From positions 1 through 64,000 of IMG/VR virus record IMGVR_UViG_3300022745_000628: 64,000 bases of DNA; one strand, written 5' to 3'. How positions within the stretch are numbered: the first letter of the stretch is position 1; each line of letters starts with the position of its first letter. This document shows positions 63,694 through 64,000 of this stretch, piece by piece. The position numbers and the translations under genes are program-made. The stretch is from a virus. Under the pieces are notes generated by a model. That model saw only the letters and a list, made by a program, of their open reading frames with translations, ran no database searches and was not told where the DNA came from.

Positions 63694-64000
63694 ATGCAAA
63701 ACAAGCTGGCACTTAATGTCGTTCGATCTCCCGAAGCAATGGAGCAGTTTCGAAAGGATCGATTTAACGCATTATTGCGTGTTAGCGCATTAGCCGCCGG
63801 AATAGGTGCTGGCGCAACGGCGTTACCACAGATTCCTAAGTTATTCGAAACTGCCAACAGCTTGGATATTCCAGATCCAGCAGATAGCTACGTAACCATT
63901 GGCGATGTGCAGCCGGATCCCAAGAAACGAGTGAAACTCAAGCACGAGTTACCAAAATTAGCTGGATTAGGATCTTTGGCTGGCGTGGCTATTGGAAATG
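63694..64000 (+). CDS. Putative virion protein, truncated by window end
   Basis: MQNKLA..AAGIGAGA..PKLAG; open to 64000. Confidence 0.6.
   Translation, partial: MQNKLALNVVRSPEAMEQFRKDRFNALLRVSALAAGIGAGATALPQIPKLFETANSLDIPDPADSYVTIGDVQPDPKKRVKLKHELPKLAGLGSLAGVAIGN

Overview
The window is a 64 kb segment of a large (probably jumbo) dsDNA phage genome. Nearly all genes are on the + strand and tightly coupled. No rRNA, tRNA, CRISPR array, reverse transcriptase or integrase was seen. A Planctomycetota/PVC host is a tentative inference from the style of the 52-61 kb envelope/protease cassette. Layout: (1) 1-6.3 kb, small accessory genes including a tandem paralog triplet. (2) 6.4-13.8 kb, a 1231-aa fibre/depolymerase-like protein, two glycosyltransferase-like genes and an Ala/Gln-rich virion-type protein. 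(3) 17.7-45.0 kb, the dominant feature: about 68 small (59-136 aa), translationally coupled, otherwise highly divergent ORFs that share an N-terminal [LIV]-N-x-x-M-W-x-K-L motif (55 with a literal MW by manual count) and usually a downstream Y-x-G. An IS607 (tnpA+tnpB) has split one member, and the uninterrupted gene can be rebuilt in frame. (4) 45.6-46.0 kb and 26.3-26.5 kb, long highly base-paired non-coding segments that are candidate novel ncRNAs. (5) 48.4-50.0 kb, single-gene promoter/terminator cassettes (Nudix, hexapeptide-repeat protein). (6) 50.3-64 kb, a late/structural-type region with two papain-like cysteine proteases, each carrying an intein at the active site, a stand-alone degenerate Hint domain, lipoproteins and K-x-[AS] virion-type proteins. 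A bipartite promoter-like motif, CTAAA-N14-GCGTCATATAT, occurs 7 times with invariant spacing. All assignments come from manual motif reading; no database searches were run.
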